A stretch of DNA of 64,000 bases from a virus. Its lineage: Duplodnaviria > Caudoviricetes. The notes below the pieces were generated by a model. That model was given only the letters and a program-made list of their open reading frames with translations. It was not told where the DNA came from and ran no database searches. Location of the stretch: the IMG/VR virus record IMGVR_UViG_3300021958_000024. The stretch is one strand, 5' to 3'. Positions 1 through 8,895 of this stretch are shown in pieces; position 1 is the first letter of the stretch; each line of letters starts with the position of its first letter. The position numbers and the translations under genes are program-made.

Positions 1-4
1 TGAG

Positions 5-208
5 TTGTCTGTTAGGACTGAACTTGTTGGTGGCGTCGGCAAATATGGTCGTCTTCTTGGTTGGTTATACATTGGGGACGACAGTGTGTCCCTTAACGAG
101 CAAATGATTGCCGAAGGACTAGCGTGGGCATACGATGGTGGTACTAAACAAAAAGATTTTGAAGAACTTCGTGAGATTCGTAGAGCACATGGAACTTTAG
201 TAGAATGA
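5..208 (+). CDS. Thermonuclease (SNase-like) family protein, C-terminal part, truncated by window start
   Basis: GKYGRLLGWLY...LNEQMIAEGLAWAY matches the SNase D/GKYGR-L-A and N..LV..GLA motifs. Confidence 0.75.
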   Translation: MSVRTELVGGVGKYGRLLGWLYIGDDSVSLNEQMIAEGLAWAYDGGTKQKDFEELREIRRAHGTLVE

Positions 209-294
209 TGAGTGGTTTATTTGTATTTGGATTTATAACGTTACTTTGTTATACACTACATATTACATGGCCTATAAAAAAGGGTAAAAATTAA
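205..294 (+). CDS. Small hydrophobic peptide (29 aa), not in ORF track
   Basis: MMSGLFVFGFITLLCYTLHITWPIKKGKN; ATGA overlap with the upstream stop and fills the gap to the next gene. Confidence 0.5.
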   Translation: MMSGLFVFGFITLLCYTLHITWPIKKGKN

Positions 295-295
295 A

Positions 296-550
296 ATGCA
301 AAAAGTAATCAACACAATCGCACTTCTTTCTGGACTTGTATCTTTGTCTGTTCTTGCCTCTGCTGGATATCTTTATGTAAATAAAGATGCTTTACTTGAA
401 GATGCACGTAGACGAGCAACAGAAGCAGTTACAAAAGCGATAGCAGATACTCTTCCTAAAATGATAGATTCTGCAATGCCAGAGATTCCAGAACCTCCTA
501 AGTTTCCAACAGAAACTGGTGGAGTTATACCACAATATAATGTTAAATAA
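296..550 (+). CDS. Hypothetical membrane-anchored protein
   Basis: N-terminal hydrophobic helix, Pro-rich C-terminus. Confidence 0.65.
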   Translation: MQKVINTIALLSGLVSLSVLASAGYLYVNKDALLEDARRRATEAVTKAIADTLPKMIDSAMPEIPEPPKFPTETGGVIPQYNVK

Positions 551-603
551 TAAATATTTAAAACCAAAAAATATAATGATATTAAAATCTGAGATCAATA
601 TTG

Positions 604-2301
604 ATGTCTAAAAAAATAAAGTCACCTAAAGAATTATTTGAACAAAAGAGGCAGGATCTTTTAGATAGATTGAACAGCCAAAAAATAATGGAAGAAGAAT
701 CTCTTAAAAATAAAGAGATATCTAGGAGAGTATTGAGTCCAAGAATATTATTTGGTGACCAGGATATAGTTGAAGAACCCATACGAAAGGATGTAGTTGT
801 AGAAGAGATACAGGAAGAAGATTTTGAGGAGAAGTTTAATCTTCTTCTCAGCGATGTAGATTACCTAAAAGAATGTATTGATTCTGATAAAAAATACGGT
901 AAGGAAATAAAGTTCTTAAAAAGATCTATTGATAACTTTAAGAAAGAAATTGACGAAGAAGAAAAGTTTGATGCAACTTACATTTATAGAAATATTTGTG
1001 ATTTAAAAGAGACTATTGAAAATATTAGAAATGAAATCCCAGAAGTTCCAGAACCTATTAGATATGATAATGATTTAAATGAACTTAGAAATGTTATTAT
1101 AGAAGTAAAAAAATCTATTCCAGAAGTTCCAGAAGTAAAATATTATGATGATCAGATTGATGAGTTATTAAACAGTATAAAAGATGTTAGGAGTCAAGTA
1201 GAAAATCTACCAGAAGTAAAGTATTATGATTATCAACTAACTAAGATTGAAGAAAAGATTGAAGAAGTTAATAAATGTATTCCTGTAGTACCTGAAATAA
1301 AATATTATGATGATGATATAACCTATCTTGAAGATAAAGTTGATTCTGTTAAAAAATCTATACCTGTAGTGCCTGAAGTAAGATACTATGATGGTGAGAT
1401 CGAACTCATTGAAAACCAGATAGAAAATCTAAAGAAAAGTATTGATACTTTACCTGAGGTAAAGTACTATGATTCTGATATAAAGTCGTTGTTAGAAAAG
1501 ATTGGTCATCTTAAATCTTCTCTTTTAGATTTACCCGAACCCAAATACTATGACGATGAAATAAAATCTTTAGATTTCAAACTAAAAGAAATCAAAGAGT
1601 CTATTCCAAAACCTCAGGTTATTCCTGAAGTAAAATACTATGATGATGAAATCCGTACATTACAATCTGATGTTAATGATTTATTTAAAAAAGTTTCTTT
1701 GATTAAAATAACTGATGGAAAACAGATTGAAAAACTTCAAGATGATTATCAAAAAAATAATGAAATATTAAATGAAAAGATTAAAAACTTAGAAGAAATC
1801 TTTGAGTACTTTAATAAGTCTCAAGAAGAGGCACTAAATGAAGAGCTTGCTGAACCTCCTGAGACAAAAAATAGTGATCCATTAACTCCATTAAACCAAG
1901 AGTTCGTAACATTCAAGCAACTGCAAGATCATTACAGAACTTTTATCAATAGGATTCAACAACAAATATCTACACTAGGAGGTGGCGGTGAAACGCAACT
2001 GAAATATTTGGATGATATTGTTGGCATTTCATCTAATCCAGAAGCATACGATGGTAAATATCTAAAATATAATCATGCTATTCGTAAGTTTGAGTTTAGT
2101 ACTATTGTTGGTGAATCGGGAGACTTTACTGGAACATTGACGGGTCTATTTGATGTTGATGAAACTGGATTGACTGATGGAGACATAATAGTTTACAATG
2201 CATCTTCAGAAAAGTTTGTATTTATTTCACCATCTACGCTTGGCATTAATGTGGATGCTAACCCAGATCCTAATATTGACGACTATGGAACTTATAACTA
2301 G
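604..2301 (+). CDS. Coiled-coil repeat protein with (I/L)PEVKYYD repeats, probably virion-associated
   Basis: About ten PE(V/I/P)(K/R)YYD-type repeats; C-terminal GGGGE..L..LDD and DGDIIVYN motifs typical of phage fibre proteins; ATAAATA late-promoter motif upstream; ATG at 604. Confidence 0.7.
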   Translation: MSKKIKSPKELFEQKRQDLLDRLNSQKIMEEESLKNKEISRRVLSPRILFGDQDIVEEPIRKDVVVEEIQEEDFEEKFNLLLSDVDYLKECIDSDKKYGKEIKFLKRSIDNFKKEIDEEEKFDATYIYRNICDLKETIENIRNEIPEVPEPIRYDNDLNELRNVIIEVKKSIPEVPEVKYYDDQIDELLNSIKDVRSQVENLPEVKYYDYQLTKIEEKIEEVNKCIPVVPEIKYYDDDITYLEDKVDSVKKSIPVVPEVRYYDGEIELIENQIENLKKSIDTLPEVKYYDSDIKSLLEKIGHLKSSLLDLPEPKYYDDEIKSLDFKLKEIKESIPKPQVIPEVKYYDDEIRTLQSDVNDLFKKVSLIKITDGKQIEKLQDDYQKNNEILNEKIKNLEEIFEYFNKSQEEALNEELAEPPETKNSDPLTPLNQEFVTFKQLQDHYRTFINRIQQQISTLGGGGETQLKYLDDIVGISSNPEAYDGKYLKYNHAIRKFEFSTIVGESGDFTGTLTGLFDVDETGLTDGDIIVYNASSEKFVFISPSTLGINVDANPDPNIDDYGTYN

Positions 2302-2343
2302 GTATAAATAAGATAGATATAATTCATAAGAGACTATTTTACC

Positions 2344-3870
2344 ATGGCAAATAGATTACAACTCAAAAGAGGTACAGGAGTCCCTGGAAGTATTTTTTAT
2401 GAGGGAGAACCAGTATTAGATTTATCTGATAAATCACTATATGTCGGTGATAGCGATGGCAATGGTACAGGTGCTGGAACATCTATTGCCAATGCTGAAA
2501 CATTCTTAGCAAGTCTTCAGATCCTTTCTAGAGCAACGACTGCTGGTCCAGGTGCTGTTAATTTTTATGAGGATGCAGATAACGGAACTAACAGAGTTAG
2601 TTTGATTGCTCCTGCCACACTGGCATCTGATCTGGATCTCACACTTCCAGCAACTGATGGATCTGCATCTCAGGTTCTGGCAACAGATGGATTAGGTAAT
2701 CTTTCATTCATTGATGCTGTCGCATCTTTGTCGGTCGGTGCAGATAGTGGAACTAATGACTCAGTTTCTCTTCTGTCAGATGTTCTCACATTTACTGGTG
2801 GTGAAGGTATTGACACCACAGTAACTGATAACACCATTACTATTGCTGGAGAAGATGCTACTGATGCAAATAAAGGTATTGCATCATTCTCCGATACTAC
2901 TGACTTCAGTGTATCTTCAGGTGATGTATCTCTTGCAGATACAGTTGTCAAGACCGTAACCACTGATAGTGGTGCTCTGACTCCTTCTTCACATGGATTC
3001 AGTGTTCTAGGTGGCGAGGGTATGAATGTTACCCATACTGGAACAACCATTACTGTAGCTGGTGAAGACGCTACTGATGCAAATAAAGGTATTGCATCAT
3101 TCGATTCTGGTGACTTTGTTGTTACATCTGGTGCGGTTGCTCTTGGTGCAACTTTTGTTCACTCAGTAACAACTGATTCTGGTGAACTAACTCCATCAAA
3201 CCATACATATTCCATTCTTGGTGGTGAAGGTATGGATGTTACTCATACTGGAACGACTATTACTGTTGCTGGTGAAGATGCTAGTGACAGCAACAAGGGT
3301 GTTGCTTCATTCGATTCTGGTGACTTCTCTGTTTCTTCTGGTAACGTAACTCTTGCAGACAGTGCTGATGGTGCTGTACTTGCAGTCAGTGGAACTACAA
3401 ACGAAGTAGAAGTATCCAGATCAAATGGAACTGTAACCATTGGTCTTCCTAATGATGTAACTATTGGAAATGATCTGACTGTTTCTGGTAATCTTCGAGT
3501 TATTGGTACTGCAGTAACATTCAGCGCAGAGACCACAAAAATTGAAGATAGATTAATCGAACTCGGTCTTGTTAATGGTGCAGCACCAAGTTCTGCTACT
3601 ACATGGGATACTGGTATTGCATTCAACTATCATGCAACTAGTGCTAAGAAGTCGGCACTTGTATGGTTGAATAATCAGTTTATGGTTGCTGCTTCTGAGA
3701 TTTCTGAATCTTCAGATGCTGGAACTGCCGATCCTCAAATTTCTATCACATCATTTGCTCCATTGGCATCTAATGGACTCTACATTGGTGGAATCACTGC
3801 TGGAGATGAAGTCATAAATAGTTCCAAAGAGGCAGTGAACCTTATTTTTGATGGAGGAACTTATAGCTAA
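2344..3870 (+). CDS. Tail fibre / virion structural protein
   Basis: MANRLQLKRG N-terminus, three ~70-aa GGEG...TVAGEDA..NKG.ASF repeats, C-terminal FDGGTY; TATAAATA late promoter upstream (~2303). Confidence 0.7.
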   Translation: MANRLQLKRGTGVPGSIFYEGEPVLDLSDKSLYVGDSDGNGTGAGTSIANAETFLASLQILSRATTAGPGAVNFYEDADNGTNRVSLIAPATLASDLDLTLPATDGSASQVLATDGLGNLSFIDAVASLSVGADSGTNDSVSLLSDVLTFTGGEGIDTTVTDNTITIAGEDATDANKGIASFSDTTDFSVSSGDVSLADTVVKTVTTDSGALTPSSHGFSVLGGEGMNVTHTGTTITVAGEDATDANKGIASFDSGDFVVTSGAVALGATFVHSVTTDSGELTPSNHTYSILGGEGMDVTHTGTTITVAGEDASDSNKGVASFDSGDFSVSSGNVTLADSADGAVLAVSGTTNEVEVSRSNGTVTIGLPNDVTIGNDLTVSGNLRVIGTAVTFSAETTKIEDRLIELGLVNGAAPSSATTWDTGIAFNYHATSAKKSALVWLNNQFMVAASEISESSDAGTADPQISITSFAPLASNGLYIGGITAGDEVINSSKEAVNLIFDGGTYS

Positions 3871-4106
3871 TGAACTTTGAAGTTGAGTACACTGATATCA
3901 TTAGAGCATATCAGGCGAGAACCACTGATTTTTTAAATCAACTGATTACTGCAGAGGCAAAACTTCATGCCTCTGCAGATTATATTAATAAACTAGAACA
4001 AAGAACTAAAGAGTTGGAAGCAGAAAACCAAAAACTTTCTACTGCAAAACCAACAAGAACTAAAAAGACGGAATCAAAAACTGATACTGTAATCGATTAT
4101 AACTGA
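3870..4106 (+). CDS. Hypothetical coiled-coil protein
   Basis: Translationally coupled to upstream fibre gene. Confidence 0.6.
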   Translation: MNFEVEYTDIIRAYQARTTDFLNQLITAEAKLHASADYINKLEQRTKELEAENQKLSTAKPTRTKKTESKTDTVIDYN

Positions 4107-4126
4107 AAAAATATTATCTTTTAATA

Positions 4127-4756
4127 ATGGCAAACATACTAAAACCAAAAAGATCTGGCGTAGCATCTTCTATACCAACAACCAGTAATCTTTCTGACGG
4201 AGAAATCGCTATAAACAGTGCAGATAAAAAAATATATCTCCGTGATGGACTTAATATTTTAACCATCGCAAACAAGTCGATTAGTACATACGGTATTCAA
4301 TATAATTTTGATACCGCTACTACATCTTCAGATCCTGGAACTGGTGGACTCAAGTTTAATTTTGCAGTCACTAGTGGTACTTCAGGAAATTCTTATGAAG
4401 CATATGTGAGTGAGAGCGATAGTAATAGTGTCGGTATCATTGGTATCCTAGATACTCTTACAGAATCTACTAATGATAAGAAGGCACTCATTGTTCTTTA
4501 TAAAGAGGATGATCAATCAGTAAACTTTAAGTTTTACGTAACTGGTCAAACTGATAATGGTAATTATAGGACCCTAAATATTGAATACATTGATCGTGAT
4601 GGGTGGAATCAGGTGTCCGATGGTGACCAAGTATTTTTCTGCATCTCTCTAATTGGTGACAAAGGAGATGCTGGTGTTGTTCTTACATCTCCAAATGGAA
4701 CCCAGTATCGCCTTGTCGTTGATAACTCTGGGAATTTGACGACAACATTGGCATAA
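4127..4756 (+). CDS. Tail fibre-related structural protein
   Basis: N-terminal KPKRS...PT...L..GEIAIN.AD.KIY fibre-attachment motif; C-terminal SPNGTQYRLVVDNSGNL. Confidence 0.65.
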   Translation: MANILKPKRSGVASSIPTTSNLSDGEIAINSADKKIYLRDGLNILTIANKSISTYGIQYNFDTATTSSDPGTGGLKFNFAVTSGTSGNSYEAYVSESDSNSVGIIGILDTLTESTNDKKALIVLYKEDDQSVNFKFYVTGQTDNGNYRTLNIEYIDRDGWNQVSDGDQVFFCISLIGDKGDAGVVLTSPNGTQYRLVVDNSGNLTTTLA

Positions 4757-4763
4757 GGCAGGC

Positions 4764-4799
4764 AGGGGGAGTTGACCCCCCTTTTTTATGCCCTATAAT
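4764..4799 (+). terminator. Intrinsic terminator overlapping a sigma70-type promoter
   Basis: AGGGGG-agttga-CCCCCT hairpin plus T-tract; TTGACC (4772)-16 nt-TATAAT (4794). Confidence 0.6.
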
Positions 4800-4843
4800 A
4801 AGCAGGTCTTCGGGACATCCCCAAATCAAATCTCCAAGAGGGG

Positions 4844-4877
4844 TTGACAAGGGCGAAAAACCGTAGTAACATAAATA
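4844..4877 (+). promoter_or_regulatory. psbA promoter: sigma70-type with overlapping late-type ATAAATA
   Basis: TTGACA 4844-4849, 17-nt spacer, TAACAT 4867-4872; ATAAATA 4871-4877. Confidence 0.7.
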
Positions 4878-4893
4878 CATCAACACGTTAAGG

Positions 4894-4921
4894 AATGTAA
4901 CGTTTCTTAAATCGTTGTAAA
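4894..4921 (-). promoter_or_regulatory. Candidate HLR1 (RpaB-binding) direct repeats
   Basis: Minus strand reads TTTACAAC-ga-TTTAAGAA-ac-GTTACATT: three octamers in 10-bp register resembling (G/T)TTACA(T/A)(T/A). Confidence 0.5.
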
Positions 4922-4937
4922 CACTTGCTGAAAACGG

Positions 4938-5045
4938 ACTAATCTCCTTACCGAGGCTAAGCAAGTAAAATATGCCTCTCATATCCTGGACTGAGGGTGT
5001 CTAGGAAATAAGTACCTCCACCATTTCCCTGATGGATCTACTTAA
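4938..5045 (+). ncRNA. PhotoRC-II-like structured RNA in psbA 5' leader
   Basis: Hairpins TCCTGGAC-tgagggt-GTCTAGGA (4984-5006) and CCAT-ttccctg-ATGG (5021-5035) with complementary loops (AGGG/CCCT); position upstream of cyanophage psbA is where this motif occurs; boundaries approximate. Confidence 0.6.
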
Positions 5046-5056
5046 CGTACATTTCA

Positions 5057-6133
5057 ATGACTACTCTTTCACAACAACGACAATCAAATACTTGGGAACA
5101 GTTTTGCAACTGGGTTACCTGCACCGATAACCGTCTTTATGTCGGTTGGTTTGGAGTCCTCATGATTCCTTGCCTACTTGCTGCCACTACCTGTTTCATT
5201 ATTGCCTTCATTGCTGCACCTCCTGTTGACATTGATGGCATTCGTGAACCAGTTGCTGGTTCACTTCTCTACGGTAACAACATTATCTCTGGTGCTGTCG
5301 TTCCCAGCTCCAATGCTATCGGTCTACACTTCTACCCCATCTGGGAAGCTGCTTCTCTAGATGAGTGGCTTTACAACGGTGGTCCTTTCCAACTGGTTGT
5401 GTTTCACTTTCTCATCGGTATCTATGCTTACATGGGTCGTGAGTGGGAACTCTCCTACCGCCTGGGTATGCGTCCTTGGATTTGTGTTGCATACTCTGCA
5501 CCTGTTGCTGCTGCATCCGCAGTCTTCCTCGTCTATCCTTTCGGTCAAGGTTCTTTCTCTGACGCCATGCCTTTGGGCATCTCTGGAACCTTCAACTACA
5601 TGCTTGTCTTCCAAGCAGAGCACAACATTCTGATGCACCCCTTCCACATGCTGGGCGTCGCTGGTGTTTTTGGTGGTTCTCTGTTCAGTGCAATGCACGG
5701 TTCTCTGGTTACTTCCTCGCTGGTTCGTGAGACAACTGAAACGGAATCTCAGAACTACGGTTACAAGTTCGGACAAGAAGAAGAGACATACAACATCGTA
5801 GCCGCTCATGGTTACTTCGGTCGTTTGATCTTCCAATACGCTTCATTCAACAACTCACGTTCACTGCACTTCTTCCTTGCCGCATGGCCGGTTGTAGGAA
5901 TCTGGTTCACTGCATTGGGCGTAAGCACCATGGCATTTAACCTCAATGGATTCAACTTCAACCAATCAATCCAGTCCTCCGATGGACACGTCGTTAACAC
6001 CTGGGCAGACATCCTCAACCGAGCAGGTCTCGGAATGGAAGTCATGCACGAACGTAACGCTCACAACTTCCCGCTCGATCTTGCGTCAACTAGCTCCACA
6101 CCTGTGGCCCTAGTTGCACCATCTGTCGGTTGA
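5057..6133 (+). CDS. psbA: Photosystem II D1 protein
   Basis: Unambiguous D1 sequence ([27 protein letters not shown]); GREWE (Glu130-type); no intron. Confidence 0.99.
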   Translation: MTTLSQQRQSNTWEQFCNWVTCTDNRLYVGWFGVLMIPCLLAATTCFIIAFIAAPPVDIDGIREPVAGSLLYGNNIISGAVVPSSNAIGLHFYPIWEAASLDEWLYNGGPFQLVVFHFLIGIYAYMGREWELSYRLGMRPWICVAYSAPVAAASAVFLVYPFGQGSFSDAMPLGISGTFNYMLVFQAEHNILMHPFHMLGVAGVFGGSLFSAMHGSLVTSSLVRETTETESQNYGYKFGQEEETYNIVAAHGYFGRLIFQYASFNNSRSLHFFLAAWPVVGIWFTALGVSTMAFNLNGFNFNQSIQSSDGHVVNTWADILNRAGLGMEVMHERNAHNFPLDLASTSSTPVALVAPSVG

Positions 6134-6159
6134 GTTAGTTAGAAAAACTGAATAACAAG

Positions 6160-6185
6160 AAAGAGACCTTTAGGTCTCTTTTTTA
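6160..6185 (+). terminator. Intrinsic terminator after psbA
   Basis: AAGAGACCT-tt-AGGTCTCTT followed by T-tract. Confidence 0.8.
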
Positions 6186-6194
6186 TTCAATATT

Positions 6195-6251
6195 AACCAA
6201 TCCCCAAACCGTCCACCTCTGCTTGACGGGGGTGGTTTTTTATTGTATAAT
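6195..6251 (+). promoter_or_regulatory. Early-promoter module copy 1
   Basis: AACCGTCCAC motif, hairpin containing TTGACG (6223), 17-nt spacer, TATAAT (6246). Confidence 0.75.
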
Positions 6252-6272
6252 GACCTCATACAACACAAAAGA

Positions 6273-6641
6273 ATGTTTAATTTTTTCAAAAAGAAACCTC
6301 TTATTGGATTAGAACTGGCTGCTAAAGTCAAAGAGCTTGGGCATTTAAGTAAAACTGAGATTGCTATTGCTTGTGGTTACTATCGAGTGGTGGGCGGTGA
6401 ACCCATAGCACTTTTTACTGATTTTTATACTGCAATTCTAGATTCTAGAGGTATAGATTTAGGACCCCACCGCAAGCTTTCTTACATAGCAACAGTTCAG
6501 GGCAACGGCAATCTGCTGATCGGTACGGCATATACGGCTATGATGGGGTTATATCCTGGTGATCATCTTGAAATCAAACTCGGCAAGAATGAGATCACAT
6601 TGACTCGTATGGGTCCACTAGAGGATCCATGGTTCCCCTAA
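6273..6641 (+). CDS. Cyanobacterial AbrB-like (cyAbrB) transcription regulator
   Basis: L..KVKELG..SK.E.A.ACGY, FY.A.L...G, RKLSY.ATVQGNGNLLIG.AYT.M.GL.PGD..EIKLG are cyAbrB motifs; ATG 6273 lies downstream of the promoter. Confidence 0.85.
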   Translation: MFNFFKKKPLIGLELAAKVKELGHLSKTEIAIACGYYRVVGGEPIALFTDFYTAILDSRGIDLGPHRKLSYIATVQGNGNLLIGTAYTAMMGLYPGDHLEIKLGKNEITLTRMGPLEDPWFP

Positions 6642-6647
6642 ATATAC

Positions 6648-6704
6648 AAACCAATTCTCAAACTGTCCACCACCTCCTTACGGGGTGGTTTTTTATTATA
6701 TAAT
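6648..6704 (+). promoter_or_regulatory. Early-promoter module copy 2
   Basis: AACTGTCCAC + ACCACCTC-ctta-cGGGGTGGT hairpin + T-tract + TATAAT 6699. Confidence 0.75.
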
Positions 6705-6728
6705 ACTCTCATACAAAACAAACACAAC

Positions 6729-7361
6729 ATGATCATCAACGGACTCAAAATTAAATCAGGTGCTAACCTTAAGGGTGCTGACCTTACTGGTGCTGACCTT
6801 GAGGATGCTAACCTTAGGGGCGCTAACCTTAGGGGCGCTAACCTTAAGGATGCTGTCCTTTATGGTGCTAACCTTGATGGTGCTAACCTTAAGGATGCTG
6901 ACCTTACTGGTGCTAACCTTAAGGATGCTGTCTTTTATGGTGCTAACCTTGAGGGTGCTAACCTTAGGGGCGCTAACCTTGATGGTGCTGACCTTGAGGT
7001 TGCTAACCTTAAGGATGCTGACCTTGAAGGTGCTAACCTTAGGGAGGCTGATCTTTTCGGTGCTAACCTCACTGGTGCTGACCTTAGGGACGCTGACCTT
7101 GAGGATGCTGACCTTGGGGATACTGATCTTAAGTGTACTGACCTTACGGGTGCTAATCTTAAGTGTGCTGACCTTGAAGGTGCTGATCTTTATGGTGCTA
7201 ATCTTAAGTGTGCTGACCTTACGGGTGCTAACCTTAAGGATGCTGACCTTAGGTACGCTGACCTTGAAGGTGCTGATCTTTATGGTGCTAACCTTGATGG
7301 TGCTAACCTTAGGGGAACTATTTTAGAAGATAAGGATCAACGAGAACTATTCCTAAACTGA
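6729..7361 (+). CDS. Pentapeptide repeat protein
   Basis: Long uninterrupted run of A(D/N)Lxx repeats. Confidence 0.9.
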   Translation: MIINGLKIKSGANLKGADLTGADLEDANLRGANLRGANLKDAVLYGANLDGANLKDADLTGANLKDAVFYGANLEGANLRGANLDGADLEVANLKDADLEGANLREADLFGANLTGADLRDADLEDADLGDTDLKCTDLTGANLKCADLEGADLYGANLKCADLTGANLKDADLRYADLEGADLYGANLDGANLRGTILEDKDQRELFLN

Positions 7362-7399
7362 CCACTGAACCCCCACAGGGCACTCAAATGCCTTATACT
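7345..7399 (+). promoter_or_regulatory. Early-promoter module copy 3 (degenerate)
   Basis: AACTGACCAC with TATACT at 7394, same offset as other copies. Confidence 0.55.
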
Positions 7400-7426
7400 A
7401 AGCACATAGCAAACCAGGATTACCAA

Positions 7427-8008
7427 ATGAAAATCAACGGACACGAAATTAAATCAGGTGATAACCTTTATGGTGCTAACCTTAAGGATGTTGACCTTGA
7501 GGGTGCTGATCTTAGGTGGGCTAACCTTACGGGTGCTAATCTTGAGGGCGCTGACCTTAGGGGTGCTGTTCTTAGGTGGGCTAACCTTAAGGATGCTAAC
7601 CTTAAGGACGCTGACCTTACTGGTGCTTACCTTAGTGGTGCCTTCCTTGAGGATGCTTGCCTTGAGGGTGCTAACCTTAAGGATGCTGACCTTAGGTACG
7701 CTGACCTTACTGGTGCTTACCTTAGTGGTGCCTTCCTTGAGGATGCTTGCCTTGAGGGTGCTAACCTTAAAGGTGCTGACTTAAGGGGTGCTGACTTTAG
7801 GAGGGCTAATCTTACGGATGCTAATCTTATGTGGGCTAATCTTAAGAATGCTGACCTCAGGAATGCTGACCTTAAAGGTGCCGATATAACAGGAACTATT
7901 CTTGAGAAGAAAGAAGATGATAAAGACCTTAAGATTAAAGAACTTGAAGAAGAACTGAAGAAATATAAAGATACACTTAAGTCACTAAAGGGTCTTATGG
8001 ACACCTGA
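7427..8008 (+). CDS. Pentapeptide repeat protein with C-terminal coiled coil
   Basis: [11 protein letters not shown] start parallels MIINGLKIKSG of the upstream paralog; A(D/N)Lxx repeats; internal duplication with 90-nt period (7609/7699). Confidence 0.9.
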   Translation: MKINGHEIKSGDNLYGANLKDVDLEGADLRWANLTGANLEGADLRGAVLRWANLKDANLKDADLTGAYLSGAFLEDACLEGANLKDADLRYADLTGAYLSGAFLEDACLEGANLKGADLRGADFRRANLTDANLMWANLKNADLRNADLKGADITGTILEKKEDDKDLKIKELEEELKKYKDTLKSLKGLMDT

Positions 8009-8055
8009 ATAACCGTCCACCTCCTCTTCACAGAGGCGGTTTTTTATTGTATAAT
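7999..8055 (+). promoter_or_regulatory. Early-promoter module copy 4
   Basis: GGACA...AACCGTCCAC + hairpin + T-tract + TATAAT 8050. Confidence 0.75.
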
Positions 8056-8077
8056 AACCTTATCTACATCAGACATC

Positions 8078-8476
8078 ATGACTTACAACGCTGAACTGAC
8101 ATTCAAATTTGATGCTACCTACACTCATGATTACAATCGTGGGTTTGCATCTCACCTTGGTGCTGATGATTTTGTTCCTGAAGAGCATTTCCTGATCACA
8201 GCACCTGCACAAGATCTCAATGCCAAACAGTATTTCAAACTCTTTGAGAAGTTCATGCTGTGTGTAGGTATGGACCCCGCAGCTATTCGCTCTGGTGCTA
8301 TGTCACTGGTGTTTAATGAGTTTGTCCGTGAAGAAGAGCAACGTAAGGTCTGTAAAGAGTATGAACTGACTATGGATGAAGACCTCCGTAGTAAGTATGA
8401 AGAATTCAAAGAAGCAGATGAAGCATGGGCAAATCTCAAGAAAGGTCCTATGGGTACTGTTATTGAGGAAGACTGA
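8078..8476 (+). CDS. Hypothetical cyanophage protein
   Basis: First ORF after early promoter, phage-like codon usage. Confidence 0.7.
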   Translation: MTYNAELTFKFDATYTHDYNRGFASHLGADDFVPEEHFLITAPAQDLNAKQYFKLFEKFMLCVGMDPAAIRSGAMSLVFNEFVREEEQRKVCKEYELTMDEDLRSKYEEFKEADEAWANLKKGPMGTVIEED

Positions 8477-8895
8477 TGGGTATGATGGACTACTTCCGAT
8501 CTTCCTATGATATAGGAGAATCATTTACTAATGTTCCTTGTCAAACAAAAGACATTGAAGATGGTATTGGTGGCACGATGACTCAATACTGGTTGTCTCC
8601 TGATGGGCAACTGTATTGGATTGATTACTCACATACTGCCGACTTTGTAGAACTCAAAGAAGGTGATGAGGGATATCAAGAAGGTAAGTTAGCACTTCTA
8701 AACTTTCAGTGGATTCCTAATGGAACTCATGGTAGAGTAAGACCGATGTATCTTACCAAATATATTACTGTGTATCCTGAAAGTTGGGATGGTGAGTGGG
8801 AACACTGGCCTGAGTGTCGTATCCACTTTAAAGGAGGTGTGCTACAAGACTATGAATGTTCATCTAAAGGAGAATGGAAGCATGAAACTAATTAA
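8476..8895 (+). CDS. Hypothetical phage protein
   Basis: Coupled ORF; MGMMDY...QTKD motif. Confidence 0.7.
   Translation: MGMMDYFRSSYDIGESFTNVPCQTKDIEDGIGGTMTQYWLSPDGQLYWIDYSHTADFVELKEGDEGYQEGKLALLNFQWIPNGTHGRVRPMYLTKYITVYPESWDGEWEHWPECRIHFKGGVLQDYECSSKGEWKHETN

Noticed and set aside
5057-6133. Group I intron or adjacent homing endonuclease in psbA
   Set aside because: ORF is continuous and full length, followed directly by a terminator.
6760-7784. Long alternative-frame ORFs (6760..7326, 7458..7784) encoding MLTL/VLTL repeats
   Set aside because: By-product of the stop-free 15-nt periodicity of the pentapeptide genes; no SD or independent support.
6729-8008. Regular short repeats resembling a CRISPR array
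   Set aside because: Contiguous 15-nt coding units with no unique spacers and no cas operon; the Cas4-like exonuclease at 20099 is a T4-like core gene.
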